A stretch of DNA of 44,149 nt from an uncultured Gammaproteobacteria bacterium (GCA_964515005.1 CAZEVT010000001.1:376720-420868), one strand, 5' to 3'. Positions 1 through 25,289 are shown, counted from the first letter of the stretch. Numbers and translations are program-made. Notes: a model not told the origin generated them from the letters alone.

Positions 1-2032
<2,032 letters not shown>

Positions 2033-2123
2033 CTAGCTATGCACGCTTTACGGGAAAACACTCTGAAATGTGATGACGAGGGTTTGCGCGAGTTTGCGAG
2101 GCAGGATGTTGAGGCATAGTTTT

Positions 2124-2152
2124 ATTACAATGGTAAGATGGAGGGGTGTCAA
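2124..2152 (-). promoter_or_regulatory. Sigma70-type promoter of giant gene 1
   Basis: Minus strand TTGACA-N17-TGTAAT; the same layout occurs at 9296-9324. Confidence 0.75.
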
Positions 2153-2272
2153 ATCAGATGCGGTAATTAATGCTTATTGAGGCTAAACTATAAGTCTGTT
2201 TAAAGATACGACTATGGGATTAAAATTGCGAAACAGAAGAAAAATATGGGATTTAGGTCGTCTGTACAGCAG

Positions 2273-2304
2273 AATTCATGCAATCTATATTGCCAGTTAT
2301 TGCG
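2273..2304 (-). repeat. Conserved 32-bp element immediately after the stop codon of giant gene 2
   Basis: AATTCATGCAATCTATATTGCCAGTTATTGCG, 28/32 identical to 9469-9500; contains a GCAAT-N4-ATTGC dyad. Confidence 0.8.
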
Positions 2305-9216
<6,912 letters not shown>

Positions 9217-9295
9217 CTATTTCTTGTGTATTTCCCTGAGGGAAACTGTCGATAGTTTGTCATGCTTTGTCATCGGGGATTTTTGGTCTCTCCTT

Positions 9296-9324
9296 ATTAC
9301 AAAGAGTAGACGGGGGTTTGTCAA
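9296..9324 (-). promoter_or_regulatory. Sigma70-type promoter of giant gene 2
   Basis: Minus strand TTGACA-N17-TGTAAT. Confidence 0.75.
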
Positions 9325-9389
9325 AAATGATGCGGGAATATAAGGCTGTTGAACTTAAACTATAAGATAGAGGAAATCAGTGATAACCT

Positions 9390-9417
9390 ACGTTGTATAA
9401 CTTATGTTATGGGTCAG
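9390..9417. other. dif-like (Xer-type) 28-bp site
   Basis: ACGTTGTATAA-CTTATG-TTATGGGTCAG: 11-6-11 layout with the inner ATAA/TTAT dyad of dif sites; the outer arm bases diverge from known consensus. Confidence 0.45.
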
Positions 9418-9468
9418 TTTTTCACTATATAACACTACGTCATGTCTTTTGGCCCATACCAATAGGAA

Positions 9469-9500
9469 AATTCATGCAATCCATATTGCTTGGTATTGCG
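9469..9500 (-). repeat. Conserved 32-bp element immediately after the stop codon of giant gene 3
   Basis: AATTCATGCAATCCATATTGCTTGGTATTGCG, 28/32 identical to 2273-2304. Confidence 0.8.
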
Positions 9501-16568
<7,068 letters not shown>

Positions 16569-17330
16569 TTATGAATATTTCACAAATTAACGCATAGAAA
16601 ATACAGATTCAAATAATGGTATTAAATATATCTTTATTAAATTATCATTTGATTAATTGTCAAATTTATACGTCAAATTTCATCTGCGGTTATAATTTAG
16701 TCGTTAAAAGTTAGGAGATAGTTTAGATTGGTAGAATGACCTTCAAGTGGGTGATACCCTGTAGTTATCATCGTATTGAACTTATAGTAGGAAATGCAGG
16801 TGTATACGCTACCTTATAGTAAAACTCATCAATTATCATTAAAAATCAGGCAAATAATGAGGCTGAAAAAGAGGTAGCAGTTAAAATTTTCTGGTGCTAT
16901 GATTGATTCAGATCGTTTGAACAAGCTGTAAATCTAAAAAAATCCGTTCGTGAAAAAGTTTGGTTGGGAATTTTACCATTTAGAATTGTTGAAATTTGGA
17001 GCACGCTCGGAGCTGCTATTAAAAATGGAAAAGGTATTTTCTGGCAGAGTATAGACATAAGTGCTATTTTTTATACAGGCCATAGAAATAGGCTAGTAGA
17101 GTGTGTCTTCTTTATAGACTTATAGTGATTCGTGCGTGGCACGAATAATAGGGATAGTATGAAGGGACTAGATTTTTCTCCAAAAAAGTTTCGCTGACAT
17201 CGGTGGTTTCCCATAGTTTTCACGCAAAGAATATGGACTTATAGGAAATTTGCTTCCTTGGTTCCATTCCCGCATTAGCCATATTTGGCCTTCACAAATG
17301 TGAGTAAGATGGGTGTATAATAGATTTTAT

Positions 17331-19850
17331 ATGCAAAAGGCGTTGTACGACCATACAAAGGTCGAGAAGAAATGGAGAGACACTTGGCTTGACAAGAAGC
17401 TCAATATTGTCGATGTAAAGGCCGCCAGGAAGCCATTTTTTAAGCGAAGCTTGCAAAACGGATCCAAAGGACCGTTTTATAACCTCATGATGTTTCCGTA
17501 TCCATCTGCGGAAGGTCTTCATGTAGGGAATATGTATGCGTTTACCGGATCAGATATTTACGGCCGGTTTAAGAGGATGCAGGGACATGATGTATTTGAG
17601 CCGATCGGACTTGACGGATTCGGTATTCACAGCGAGAATTACGCCCTGAAAATCGGCAGGCACCCCATGGATCACGCTGTTGTAACGCAAGAAAATTACT
17701 ATCATCAGCTTACACAAATCGGCGGTATGTTTGATTGGAATAAGACCGTTGAGACGTACAATCCGGATTATTATAGATGGACACAGTGGCTGTTTACGCA
17801 GATGTTTAAACACGGCCTCGCGTATCGGGGCCGCGCAAGTGTTAACTGGTGTCCCAAAGATAAGACGGTTTTGGCTGACGAACAGGTCATAGATGGGAAA
17901 TGTGAACGATGCGGGAATATTGTAGAAAAAAGATTATTGGAACAATGGTTTTTCCGTATTACCGCATATGCGGAGAAACTGCTAGGAAACCTTTCCAGCC
18001 TTGATTGGTCGGAAAAAATAAAGGTCGCTCAAATCAACTGGATCGGGAAAAAAGAGGGGATAAACATTACATATCCCGTCGTTGACGAAAAAGGTAAGGC
18101 GGTTGGGAAGGTTACCTGTTTTACCACTCGCCCTGATACCAACTTTGGAGCGACTTTTGTTGTCTTGTCCCCGGAGCATTCTTTTGTCAGTCAAGTGCTA
18201 TCAGTGACAAATAAGGAAGAGGCTACTGCAATAACCCGTTATGTCGAGGCTGCGAAAGCCAAGTCAGAAGCCGAGAGAATTGCCGATGGTGCCAAAAAAA
18301 CCGGAGTATTCACGCAGTTGTATTGTATGAATCAGCTAAATAACTCCAAAATGCCTCTCTACATATCTGATTTCGTACTTGCCAATGTCGGAACCGGGGC
18401 GGTCGTGGGTGTTCCGGGGCACGATAGAAGAGATTATGACTTTGCGATACAGTTTGATATACCTGTCATTCGTGTTGTCAAAGGTAAAGACGGCGATACA
18501 TCAAAGATTTCACGGATGGAACAAGTACAGGAAGAAGAAGGAAGTATGGTGAATTCAGACTTTTTAGATGGTTTGGATATCCACGATGCAACCGTGAAGA
18601 TGATGGATTATTTAGAAAAGAAAGGTTGGGGCAAACGCGTGACCACGTATCATCTTCGTGACTGGCTTATATCCCGTCAACGCTACTGGGGGCCGCCGAT
18701 ACCCATGATTTACTGCAAAAAGTGTGCGGCGGAAGGCAAAGGAGAGCGTTCCGACATGCCGGGTTGGTATGCAGTCCCGGAAAAGGCACTCCCCGTTGTT
18801 CTTCCTAGAATTGAAGATTATAAGCCTGGAGATGATGGTGTGGCGCCTCTTGCCAAACATAAGGAGTTTTATGAAACCAAATGTCCGGGATGTGCAGGAG
18901 CAGCTGTTCGGGAAACAGACGTATCTGATACATTTTTAGATAGTTCCTGGTATTTTTTGCGCTATCCGTCCATTAACAGTCAGACTGCAAATACCAAACC
19001 TTTTGACGCTGCGATTACCAAAAAGTGGCTTCCGGTGCACATGTATACCGGCGGGGCTGAACACAGCGTCCTTCACCTTATGTATTCCCGTTTTGTCACC
19101 ATGGCACTTAAAGACTTCGGATTCTTAGACTTCGAGGAGCCGTTCACCCGGTTTTACGCGCATGGACTCGTAATTAAAGACGGCGCAAAGATGAGCAAAA
19201 GCAAAGGAAATGTCGTAAATCCGGATGAGTATATCAAACTGTATGGCGCTGATGCACTTCGCTTGTATCTTATGTTCATGGGGCCGTTTAGCGAGGGCGG
19301 GGACTTCCGGGATAGCGCCATGGAGGGGATGAGCCGGTGGGTAGGGCGGGTATGGCGCATAGCAGTAGGAGATCAAAATGAAATACTTACTCGAGGGCTT
19401 CACAAACTCATCAAAAAAGTCACTGAAGATATCGAAAAACGCCGCTATAACACTGCAATCGCATCCATGATGGAATTTACGAATCTGGTCGCGGACCACG
19501 GCGGGGCACTCGTAAAAGAAGACCTTCGTACGTTTATCCTGCTTTTGGCTCCCTTTGCCCCGCATCTGACGGAAGAGTTGTGGGCAAGAGTAGGGGGCGC
19601 ATTCTCTGTCCACCGGCAACCCTGGCCGACCTTTGATGAATCTAAAATTGTTGAGCAAAGCGTCCAAGTGGTTATTCAGGTGAACGGTAAGCTTCGTGAT
19701 GCCATTACTGTGACTAAGGAGCAAAGTATGAATCAGAAGTATATAGAAGAGTCTGCAAAAAAAAGTGAGAAGGTTCAGAAATTCCTTGCAGGATCAGGAG
19801 TTCGCAAAATGATTTTTGTGCCGGGAAAATTGTTAAACTTTGTGATCTAA
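17331..19850 (+). CDS. leuS: Leucine--tRNA ligase
   Basis: MFPYPSAEGLHVGN (HIGH), KMSKS, DWLISRQRYWG, CP1 editing motifs (TTRPDT, GTGAVVGVPGHD), VIQVNGKLR. ATG 17331 follows TATAAT 17316-17321. Confidence 0.98.
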   Translation: MQKALYDHTKVEKKWRDTWLDKKLNIVDVKAARKPFFKRSLQNGSKGPFYNLMMFPYPSAEGLHVGNMYAFTGSDIYGRFKRMQGHDVFEPIGLDGFGIHSENYALKIGRHPMDHAVVTQENYYHQLTQIGGMFDWNKTVETYNPDYYRWTQWLFTQMFKHGLAYRGRASVNWCPKDKTVLADEQVIDGKCERCGNIVEKRLLEQWFFRITAYAEKLLGNLSSLDWSEKIKVAQINWIGKKEGINITYPVVDEKGKAVGKVTCFTTRPDTNFGATFVVLSPEHSFVSQVLSVTNKEEATAITRYVEAAKAKSEAERIADGAKKTGVFTQLYCMNQLNNSKMPLYISDFVLANVGTGAVVGVPGHDRRDYDFAIQFDIPVIRVVKGKDGDTSKISRMEQVQEEEGSMVNSDFLDGLDIHDATVKMMDYLEKKGWGKRVTTYHLRDWLISRQRYWGPPIPMIYCKKCAAEGKGERSDMPGWYAVPEKALPVVLPRIEDYKPGDDGVAPLAKHKEFYETKCPGCAGAAVRETDVSDTFLDSSWYFLRYPSINSQTANTKPFDAAITKKWLPVHMYTGGAEHSVLHLMYSRFVTMALKDFGFLDFEEPFTRFYAHGLVIKDGAKMSKSKGNVVNPDEYIKLYGADALRLYLMFMGPFSEGGDFRDSAMEGMSRWVGRVWRIAVGDQNEILTRGLHKLIKKVTEDIEKRRYNTAIASMMEFTNLVADHGGALVKEDLRTFILLLAPFAPHLTEELWARVGGAFSVHRQPWPTFDESKIVEQSVQVVIQVNGKLRDAITVTKEQSMNQKYIEESAKKSEKVQKFLAGSGVRKMIFVPGKLLNFVI

Positions 19851-19853
19851 TTC

Positions 19854-20444
19854 ATGGACATCTTCGCGGTCGTCCGGGAGTATAAGATCCCGCTTGTGCT
19901 TGCGGCGGGAAGCGTATTCTTCATTGTTTTTTCCCTTGTATTGCTTGTCAAATCAATCCAAACAACCACTCCGATCCGGTTTTCAGAAGACGCAGCGACT
20001 ACCAGCTCGACCTTGGGAGCCATGACCGTGGCCGTCGATGTGGAGGGCGCCGTGATTCGACCGGGTCTTTATACGTTGTCTGCCGGAAGCCGCGTCGAGG
20101 ACGCCATAGTTGCCGCGGGTGGACTTTCGACAGACGCCGATCTTGCGGCCCTTGCCAAAACCATAAACCGCGCGGCGAAGGTAGTGGACGGCGGGAAGGT
20201 CTATATCCCAGATAAATCAGATCCTCAATCGCAAGGCTCCGGTATAGATTCAGGGCTGCAAAACGGACTAATTTCTGTAAACGCATCTTCTCAGTCCGAG
20301 TTGGAGGGGCTTCCCGGGGTAGGACCGGTGACCGCCAAAAAGATTATCGACAACCGGCCGTATCAGACACTGGAAGAACTGGTTGGGAAGAAGGCTGTCG
20401 GGACAGCCTTGTTTGAAAAGATCAAAGCACAGCTGACTCTATGA
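19854..20444 (+). CDS. comEA: Competence DNA receptor ComEA (TM + SLBB + HhH)
   Basis: VDVEGAVIRPGLY..GSRVEDAIVAAGG; ISVNASSQSELEGLPGVGPVTAKKII. Confidence 0.95.
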   Translation: MDIFAVVREYKIPLVLAAGSVFFIVFSLVLLVKSIQTTTPIRFSEDAATTSSTLGAMTVAVDVEGAVIRPGLYTLSAGSRVEDAIVAAGGLSTDADLAALAKTINRAAKVVDGGKVYIPDKSDPQSQGSGIDSGLQNGLISVNASSQSELEGLPGVGPVTAKKIIDNRPYQTLEELVGKKAVGTALFEKIKAQLTL

Positions 20445-21247
20445 TTACGGTTGCCGACTTTAGCGCCGTCGTGAACCAGGTTCTTCCGGAGCCCCACGCA
20501 GGCTTATTAAATGGCATCATCTTCGGCACGAAAGCATCGCTTTCTAAGGATTTTTTACAGGCCCTGATTACCACCGGTACCCTCCATATCGTCGCATTAT
20601 CCGGCATGAATATATCGATTCTAGTGGGCGTCATGCAAAAAACGCTCCTTCGGGTCGCGCCCAGGCGCGTTACCCACCTCCTTACTATGCTCCTTATTGC
20701 CGGATTCGTCTGGTTTGTGGGACCGACTCCAAGCGTCATTCGGGCCGCAGTGATGGGATCTCTCGTGCTTCTGTCTACAATTTTGGGCCGGCAGAACTGG
20801 ACAATCCTGACTTTTATCCTTACCTGTGGCATCATCCTTCTTGTCAAACCAAGTTGGCTCTTTGACCTTTCGTTTCAACTATCAGCGTTTGCGACCTTAG
20901 GAATTATTTTGTTTGGAAACAACGTGGGGGAGGCAAATCAGAAGACAAATATTTTTTGGCAATTCATTGAAAACGATCTTCGGGTAACCCTTGCCGCGCA
21001 GGTATTTACGATTCCGCTAATTCTCTTTACCTTTGGGAGGATGTCTCTCATTTCCCCTGTCACCAATGTTCTTATTGGTTGGACGATTCCGATTTTGACT
21101 CCGCTCGGGATGCTTATTGCCATAACCGGTTGGATATTTTTGCCGGTCGGACAACTGCTTGCATACGTGGCATGGATGCTTTTACAATATCTCATTGTCG
21201 TTATTAATTTTACTGCCAACATACCGTTTGCAAGCATCGGAAGATGA
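20441..21247 (+). CDS. comEC: ComEC/Rec2 competence (membrane channel) domain protein
   Basis: TGTLHIVALSGMNI, PSVIRAAVM, DLSFQLSAFAT; multi-TM; lacks the N-terminal OB region. Confidence 0.92.
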   Translation: MITVADFSAVVNQVLPEPHAGLLNGIIFGTKASLSKDFLQALITTGTLHIVALSGMNISILVGVMQKTLLRVAPRRVTHLLTMLLIAGFVWFVGPTPSVIRAAVMGSLVLLSTILGRQNWTILTFILTCGIILLVKPSWLFDLSFQLSAFATLGIILFGNNVGEANQKTNIFWQFIENDLRVTLAAQVFTIPLILFTFGRMSLISPVTNVLIGWTIPILTPLGMLIAITGWIFLPVGQLLAYVAWMLLQYLIVVINFTANIPFASIGR

Positions 21248-21353
21248 AATTATAAGAGTATGTAGCTTTGGTTTAACTATATCAAACTGATCTAGGCATG
21301 GATAAATAGCACGAAAAAAGCAACATAAATCCATACACTAGAGGATTACAATT

Positions 21354-22232
21354 ATGTTTAGGTTACGCACAGGATACCTCATAAGCGGCATAATTACAGG
21401 CTGCATACTCCTTTTCAATTTCGTGGGGTCCTTGCCCGACGGAAAACTCCATATTTTCTTTTGTGATGTCGGTCAGGGCGATGCAGCATACATAAAATTT
21501 CCGGATGGTCGGGATATGGTGGTGGACGGCGGACCCAACGATCAGGTCCTCGGATGTCTTGGAAAATATATGCCGTTTTGGGACCGGCATATTGACATGG
21601 TCCTCATGACGCATCCCCAAAAAGATCACATGCAGGGCTTGATTTCCGTGTTTGAGCGCTATTCAGTGGACTATTTTGTCAGAAGCGACGTCGGGAACAC
21701 AACAGAAGGCTATCAAAAGCTTCTTGCCGTAGTTACCCAGAAGAGAATCCTGGTCAAATATATGACACGGGGCGAGCATATAGCCTTGAGTGATTCGTCA
21801 CTGAAGTTCGTGTGGCCGTCTGGAGATCAAATTGCCAAAGGGGAGAGCAGCGTGTTGGGTGCAACAACCGGTGACCTGAACGATTACAGCCTGGTTTTTA
21901 CCCTTCGGTACGGCGCATTTGACGCGCTGTTTACCGGAGACGCGGATATCAGGGTGGAAGGAAACTATACCGGCGACCCGTTATCAGACGAACGGGTTGA
22001 AGTGCTCAAGGTTCCGCACCATGGGAGTAAAACAGGTATGAACAAGGCGTTTGTTGACTGGGTCCGCCCGGAGCTTGCCGTCATTTCCGTCGGCAAAAAC
22101 AACTACGGCCACCCATCGAAGGAAGCTCTTGATCTGCTACAGACTATCGGTGCACGCGTCTTAAGGACGGATCAAGAAGGGGACATCGAGGTGGTGAGCG
22201 ACGGAAAAGATTGGACTGTCGCAATCAACTAA
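21354..22232 (+). CDS. ComEC C-terminal-type metallo-beta-lactamase-fold nuclease (stand-alone)
   Basis: DVGQGD, THPQKDHMQG, LFTGD, KVPHHGS, SVGKNNYGHP, RTDQEG. Confidence 0.92.
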   Translation: MFRLRTGYLISGIITGCILLFNFVGSLPDGKLHIFFCDVGQGDAAYIKFPDGRDMVVDGGPNDQVLGCLGKYMPFWDRHIDMVLMTHPQKDHMQGLISVFERYSVDYFVRSDVGNTTEGYQKLLAVVTQKRILVKYMTRGEHIALSDSSLKFVWPSGDQIAKGESSVLGATTGDLNDYSLVFTLRYGAFDALFTGDADIRVEGNYTGDPLSDERVEVLKVPHHGSKTGMNKAFVDWVRPELAVISVGKNNYGHPSKEALDLLQTIGARVLRTDQEGDIEVVSDGKDWTVAIN

Positions 22233-22273
22233 AAAGTGACGCATAAGACCGTTTGTGGTACACTACAGGTCTT

Positions 22274-22579
22274 ATGACGACCATAAATGTGGAAAACGGC
22301 GGAACGATCGGTGTCTATGGGGACATCTTTATCAGCCGGCAAAAAGAGAAATGCATGGTCAGTATTCAAGGCGAGATTGCGAAAGTATATCCGCCCGGTC
22401 TCATGGCTCTTTTGCGTGACACTCGACCCGTTTCCATACATACCGACGATTTACCCGGAAAGGTGTTATACGTGTCGTCAGAAGGCGGGGATCCGGTGAT
22501 AAGCGAATATGTACAAATTCCAGGCGATGTGTCTGTTGTATGGCTAGTGTCGGAAGAAGACGCAAAGCTGATTCCTTAG
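22274..22579 (+). CDS. Hypothetical protein
   Basis: ~101-aa ORF filling the gap; TACACT -10 just upstream of ATG 22274. Confidence 0.6.
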   Translation: MTTINVENGGTIGVYGDIFISRQKEKCMVSIQGEIAKVYPPGLMALLRDTRPVSIHTDDLPGKVLYVSSEGGDPVISEYVQIPGDVSVVWLVSEEDAKLIP

Positions 22580-22607
22580 TATTGTTGGAATGATAATTTT
22601 TGCCCCT

Positions 22608-22636
22608 TGACAATACTCATAGAAGATGTATATAAT
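22608..22636 (+). promoter_or_regulatory. Sigma70-type promoter of the T-box leader
   Basis: TTGACA followed at normal spacing by TATAAT (22631-22636). Confidence 0.8.
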
Positions 22637-22662
22637 TATTCTTTGTTCTTGAAAATTGAATA

Positions 22663-22906
22663 GGCGATGATGGTGTCGAGCACCGGAGCCAGCTTCAGAA
22701 GAAAGTCGCCACAAGCGACAAGTACGAAGCATAAATGAGTCAACTCATTTGCTGTCAAGGCTTTTACAGCAGATTTTTTTGTTTAAAAAAACAAAGGGTT
22801 GTAAACAAAGGTGGCACCACGGTGCGAATCCCGCGTAGCGGGACAAACCGTCCTTTCGGGCCTCCATCCCTCTTTAGGGATCGAGGCTTGAGCGGACGGT
22901 TTTTTT
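22663..22906 (+). ncRNA. T-box riboswitch (ultrashort Stem I, transcriptional terminator)
   Basis: K-turn Stem I GGC-GAUGA-UGGUG-[UCGAG]-CACCG-GA-GCC; Stem II with S-turn GCUUC-AGAAGAAA-GUCGC..GCGAC-AAGUAC-GAAGC; Stem III UUUACAGC/GUUGUAAA; antiterminator AAAGG-UGGCACC-ACGG..CCGU-CCUUU; competing terminator AAACCGUCC/GGACGGUUU plus U-tract. Confidence 0.88.
22845..22906 (+). terminator. Intrinsic terminator (attenuator) of the T-box
   Basis: aaaccgtcc...ggacggttttttt enclosing an inner hairpin; mutually exclusive with the antiterminator. Confidence 0.85.
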
Positions 22907-22957
22907 GTGCTTTCGTAGCTATTTCCGAGTCATCGAGGAAAAGCGTACGAAGAACAA

Positions 22958-22984
22958 TCCCTCCGAAGCTTTAGCGAAGGGGGA
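22958..22984. repeat. Short REP-like palindrome (copy A)
   Basis: Reverse complement TCCCCCTTCGCTAAAGCTTCGGAGGGA closely matches TCCCCCTTCGCCAAGGCTTTGGGGGA at 25635-25660. Confidence 0.7.
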
Positions 22985-23045
22985 TGATGGTGAAGTAAGC
23001 ATGGTGTGGGGGTTGTGGAAAAAGTAGTGAAAGGGGGTGAATCAT

Positions 23046-23705
23046 ATGACAAAAACAAAAGAACAAGGAACGACATCTCAAGGCGGGTACCCCGCTCATT
23101 GGTTGGAGGAATTCGCCAAAGTTGAGAGCCAGAAGTTGACTGGTTTTATTACGCCGGTTGCATCTAAAGTGGACGGAACGTTTGCTGGGGGCATCCTGGT
23201 GGTCAAAAAACAAACTCATAACGGAAGCTATTGGGGCTGGATTGATTATCTTCATGTCGAAGAGAAAGAAAAGGGGAATGGTTTAGGAACCGCCCTTGTT
23301 GCAAATGCTATCGATAAAGCAGGATTCAATAAAATGAGTCATCTTGAAGTGATAATACCGTTGTTAAGTTACCCGTTAATGCATGTGTTTTTAAATAATA
23401 ACGGTTTTATTGGATATAAATTATTGGAAAGTTATTTTGGCTCGGAAAATCATGGTTTGTGTATCCAAAAAAATCTTTCTATGGGATGGCATGGTCTTTC
23501 AAAACATGAATACGCAGAAGCTGTTGGGCTTCACCCGTCTACATTTTCAAAAGTCTCGGTTTCTGATTATCAAGCTTTTCAGCACAAAATTGCCGATGGA
23601 CATGTACTCGTTGGTGTTTTTGAGCCAAAAGTCACCGGGCTAGAAAATTCAATAAATCTCTTTATGAAGATACCGAAGGATTTAATTTTGAAAGGAGGTG
23701 AATAA
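23046..23705 (+). CDS. GNAT-family N-acetyltransferase
   Basis: Motif A IDYLHVEEKEKGNGLGTALV; SD GGGGGTGA before ATG 23046. Confidence 0.8.
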   Translation: MTKTKEQGTTSQGGYPAHWLEEFAKVESQKLTGFITPVASKVDGTFAGGILVVKKQTHNGSYWGWIDYLHVEEKEKGNGLGTALVANAIDKAGFNKMSHLEVIIPLLSYPLMHVFLNNNGFIGYKLLESYFGSENHGLCIQKNLSMGWHGLSKHEYAEAVGLHPSTFSKVSVSDYQAFQHKIADGHVLVGVFEPKVTGLENSINLFMKIPKDLILKGGE

Positions 23706-24513
23706 ATATGAAAGATTTACCAAAACGATTTTACAAAGCGATACTGAAAAAGCTGAGCTTTTAAAAGGAATGACTATCAGTTCATGGTCGTCCGAGGAAG
23801 CTCCGGCCCTTTATGAGGGGCTTGAGCATCCGAATTGGGCACCATGGCTGGAAGCGGGAATATCCTCCCTTGCAGGGAGGGCAAAAGTATTCCCGGAAGG
23901 GCAATTGGTGATGAAAGATGGGCAAGGCCACTATGCCGCCAGCTTATCCTTAAATCAGATCAATTGGGACGGAATCATTGAACATCTGCCGAGTTGGGAC
24001 GATGTAGCAGGAGATCCTACGGATTACAGTAAGACCTATACGCCAAATGGTAACACGCTCGTCTTGCTTTCGATGAATGTCGCGCCGGAGTTCAAAGGAT
24101 TGCAGCTTCCCAGCAAGATGATAGATGCAGCAAAACAGGTCGCGAACACGCTCGGCGTTTCCCATTTGATCGGATCATTTCGTCCAAGCGGCTATGGCGA
24201 AATTAAAAAGGGCGTGCCAGATTTAGAGTTTGAAACATACTGTATGTTGAAAAAATCCTTTTCAGACAAGCCTATTGATCATTGGTTGGGAAGTTTATGG
24301 CACATGGGCATGAAGATGCTGGAGGTAGACCATAAGGCTATGACTGTTATGGTGCCTATGACGGAATTTGAAAGTTATAAACAGGCCGATTGGAAAGAAG
24401 TAAAGCCGGGAATTTGGGAATGTGGCGAGGTGGGTCAGTGGAACGTGGATGCGGAGTCTGGCACTGCAACGTATCAGGAAAGTAATGTGTGGGGATCATT
24501 ACCCCTCACATAA
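23698..24513 (+). CDS. GNAT-fold protein (start uncertain)
   Basis: FPEGQLV, LSMNVAPEFKGLQLPSKMIDAAK (motif A-like), RPSGY, PIDHWL, YQESNVW. Confidence 0.75.
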   Translation: MNKYERFTKTILQSDTEKAELLKGMTISSWSSEEAPALYEGLEHPNWAPWLEAGISSLAGRAKVFPEGQLVMKDGQGHYAASLSLNQINWDGIIEHLPSWDDVAGDPTDYSKTYTPNGNTLVLLSMNVAPEFKGLQLPSKMIDAAKQVANTLGVSHLIGSFRPSGYGEIKKGVPDLEFETYCMLKKSFSDKPIDHWLGSLWHMGMKMLEVDHKAMTVMVPMTEFESYKQADWKEVKPGIWECGEVGQWNVDAESGTATYQESNVWGSLPLT

Positions 24514-24562
24514 AGGGAGGTGGGCAAGCGGGGTGAGGCTAACCCCAATTGCTCAAAAATAT

Positions 24563-25261
24563 ATGAAAAAACAATGGTTTACGGTAAAAAAAATTCGTCC
24601 GCAGCTCTATGCTCTGGCGGAATTTGGCCATTTCGAAAAAGTGGTTTCGTACCTTGTGGTTGGAAAGACTGAAGCCTTTCTCGTAGATACGGGAATGGGC
24701 TACACTGATATACACAAGGCTATTAAGGCTATTACAAAGCTTCCTGTGACTGTACTATTGACTCACGCCCATTGGGATCATATCGGCGGGGTAAAAAAGG
24801 CTGATCGCGTATATGTTTTTGACCACCCGTTTGAAAAAAAGTCTATCACACAATTACATAATAACTATGTGTCAGTTCAGGACAGACAAATCCTGAAAAT
24901 TGGTAATTATACCGTCAAAGTGATCCATACGCCAGGACATAGCCCCGGTTCCACCTGTTATTTTATCAAAAACTTAAATTGGCTGTTTGTAGGCGATACG
25001 CTCTATCCTGGCCCACTTTACGCGCATTTACCTGAGTCGGATCTATATGCGTACACAAAGTCTCTAGCAAGGTTATGTTTGGTTGCCAATAATCAAACCC
25101 TCATTTTACCTGGCCATAACAAGTTGCATTGCAGCTATGCGCTACTTAAAAAGGCTGCCGTCCTTATGAAAAAGGCAGTTAGGACGAAAAAAATGGGTAT
25201 CTCAGAATTGAAGGGTGACGGCTTTTCTATCCTGTTGTCTAAGCTAGGAAAAAGCCTGTGA
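24563..25261 (+). CDS. MBL-fold metallo-hydrolase
   Basis: LVDTG, THAHWDHIGG, HTPGHSPG, GD, PGH; ATG 24563 preferred to the overlapping upstream start. Confidence 0.92.
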   Translation: MKKQWFTVKKIRPQLYALAEFGHFEKVVSYLVVGKTEAFLVDTGMGYTDIHKAIKAITKLPVTVLLTHAHWDHIGGVKKADRVYVFDHPFEKKSITQLHNNYVSVQDRQILKIGNYTVKVIHTPGHSPGSTCYFIKNLNWLFVGDTLYPGPLYAHLPESDLYAYTKSLARLCLVANNQTLILPGHNKLHCSYALLKKAAVLMKKAVRTKKMGISELKGDGFSILLSKLGKSL

Positions 25262-25289
25262 GTTTGCTATCATGGAGGCATCCTAGATT

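Noticed and set aside
22735-22974. 79-aa plus-strand ORF
   Set aside because: It overlaps the T-box antiterminator and terminator; the RNA structure explains the sequence better.
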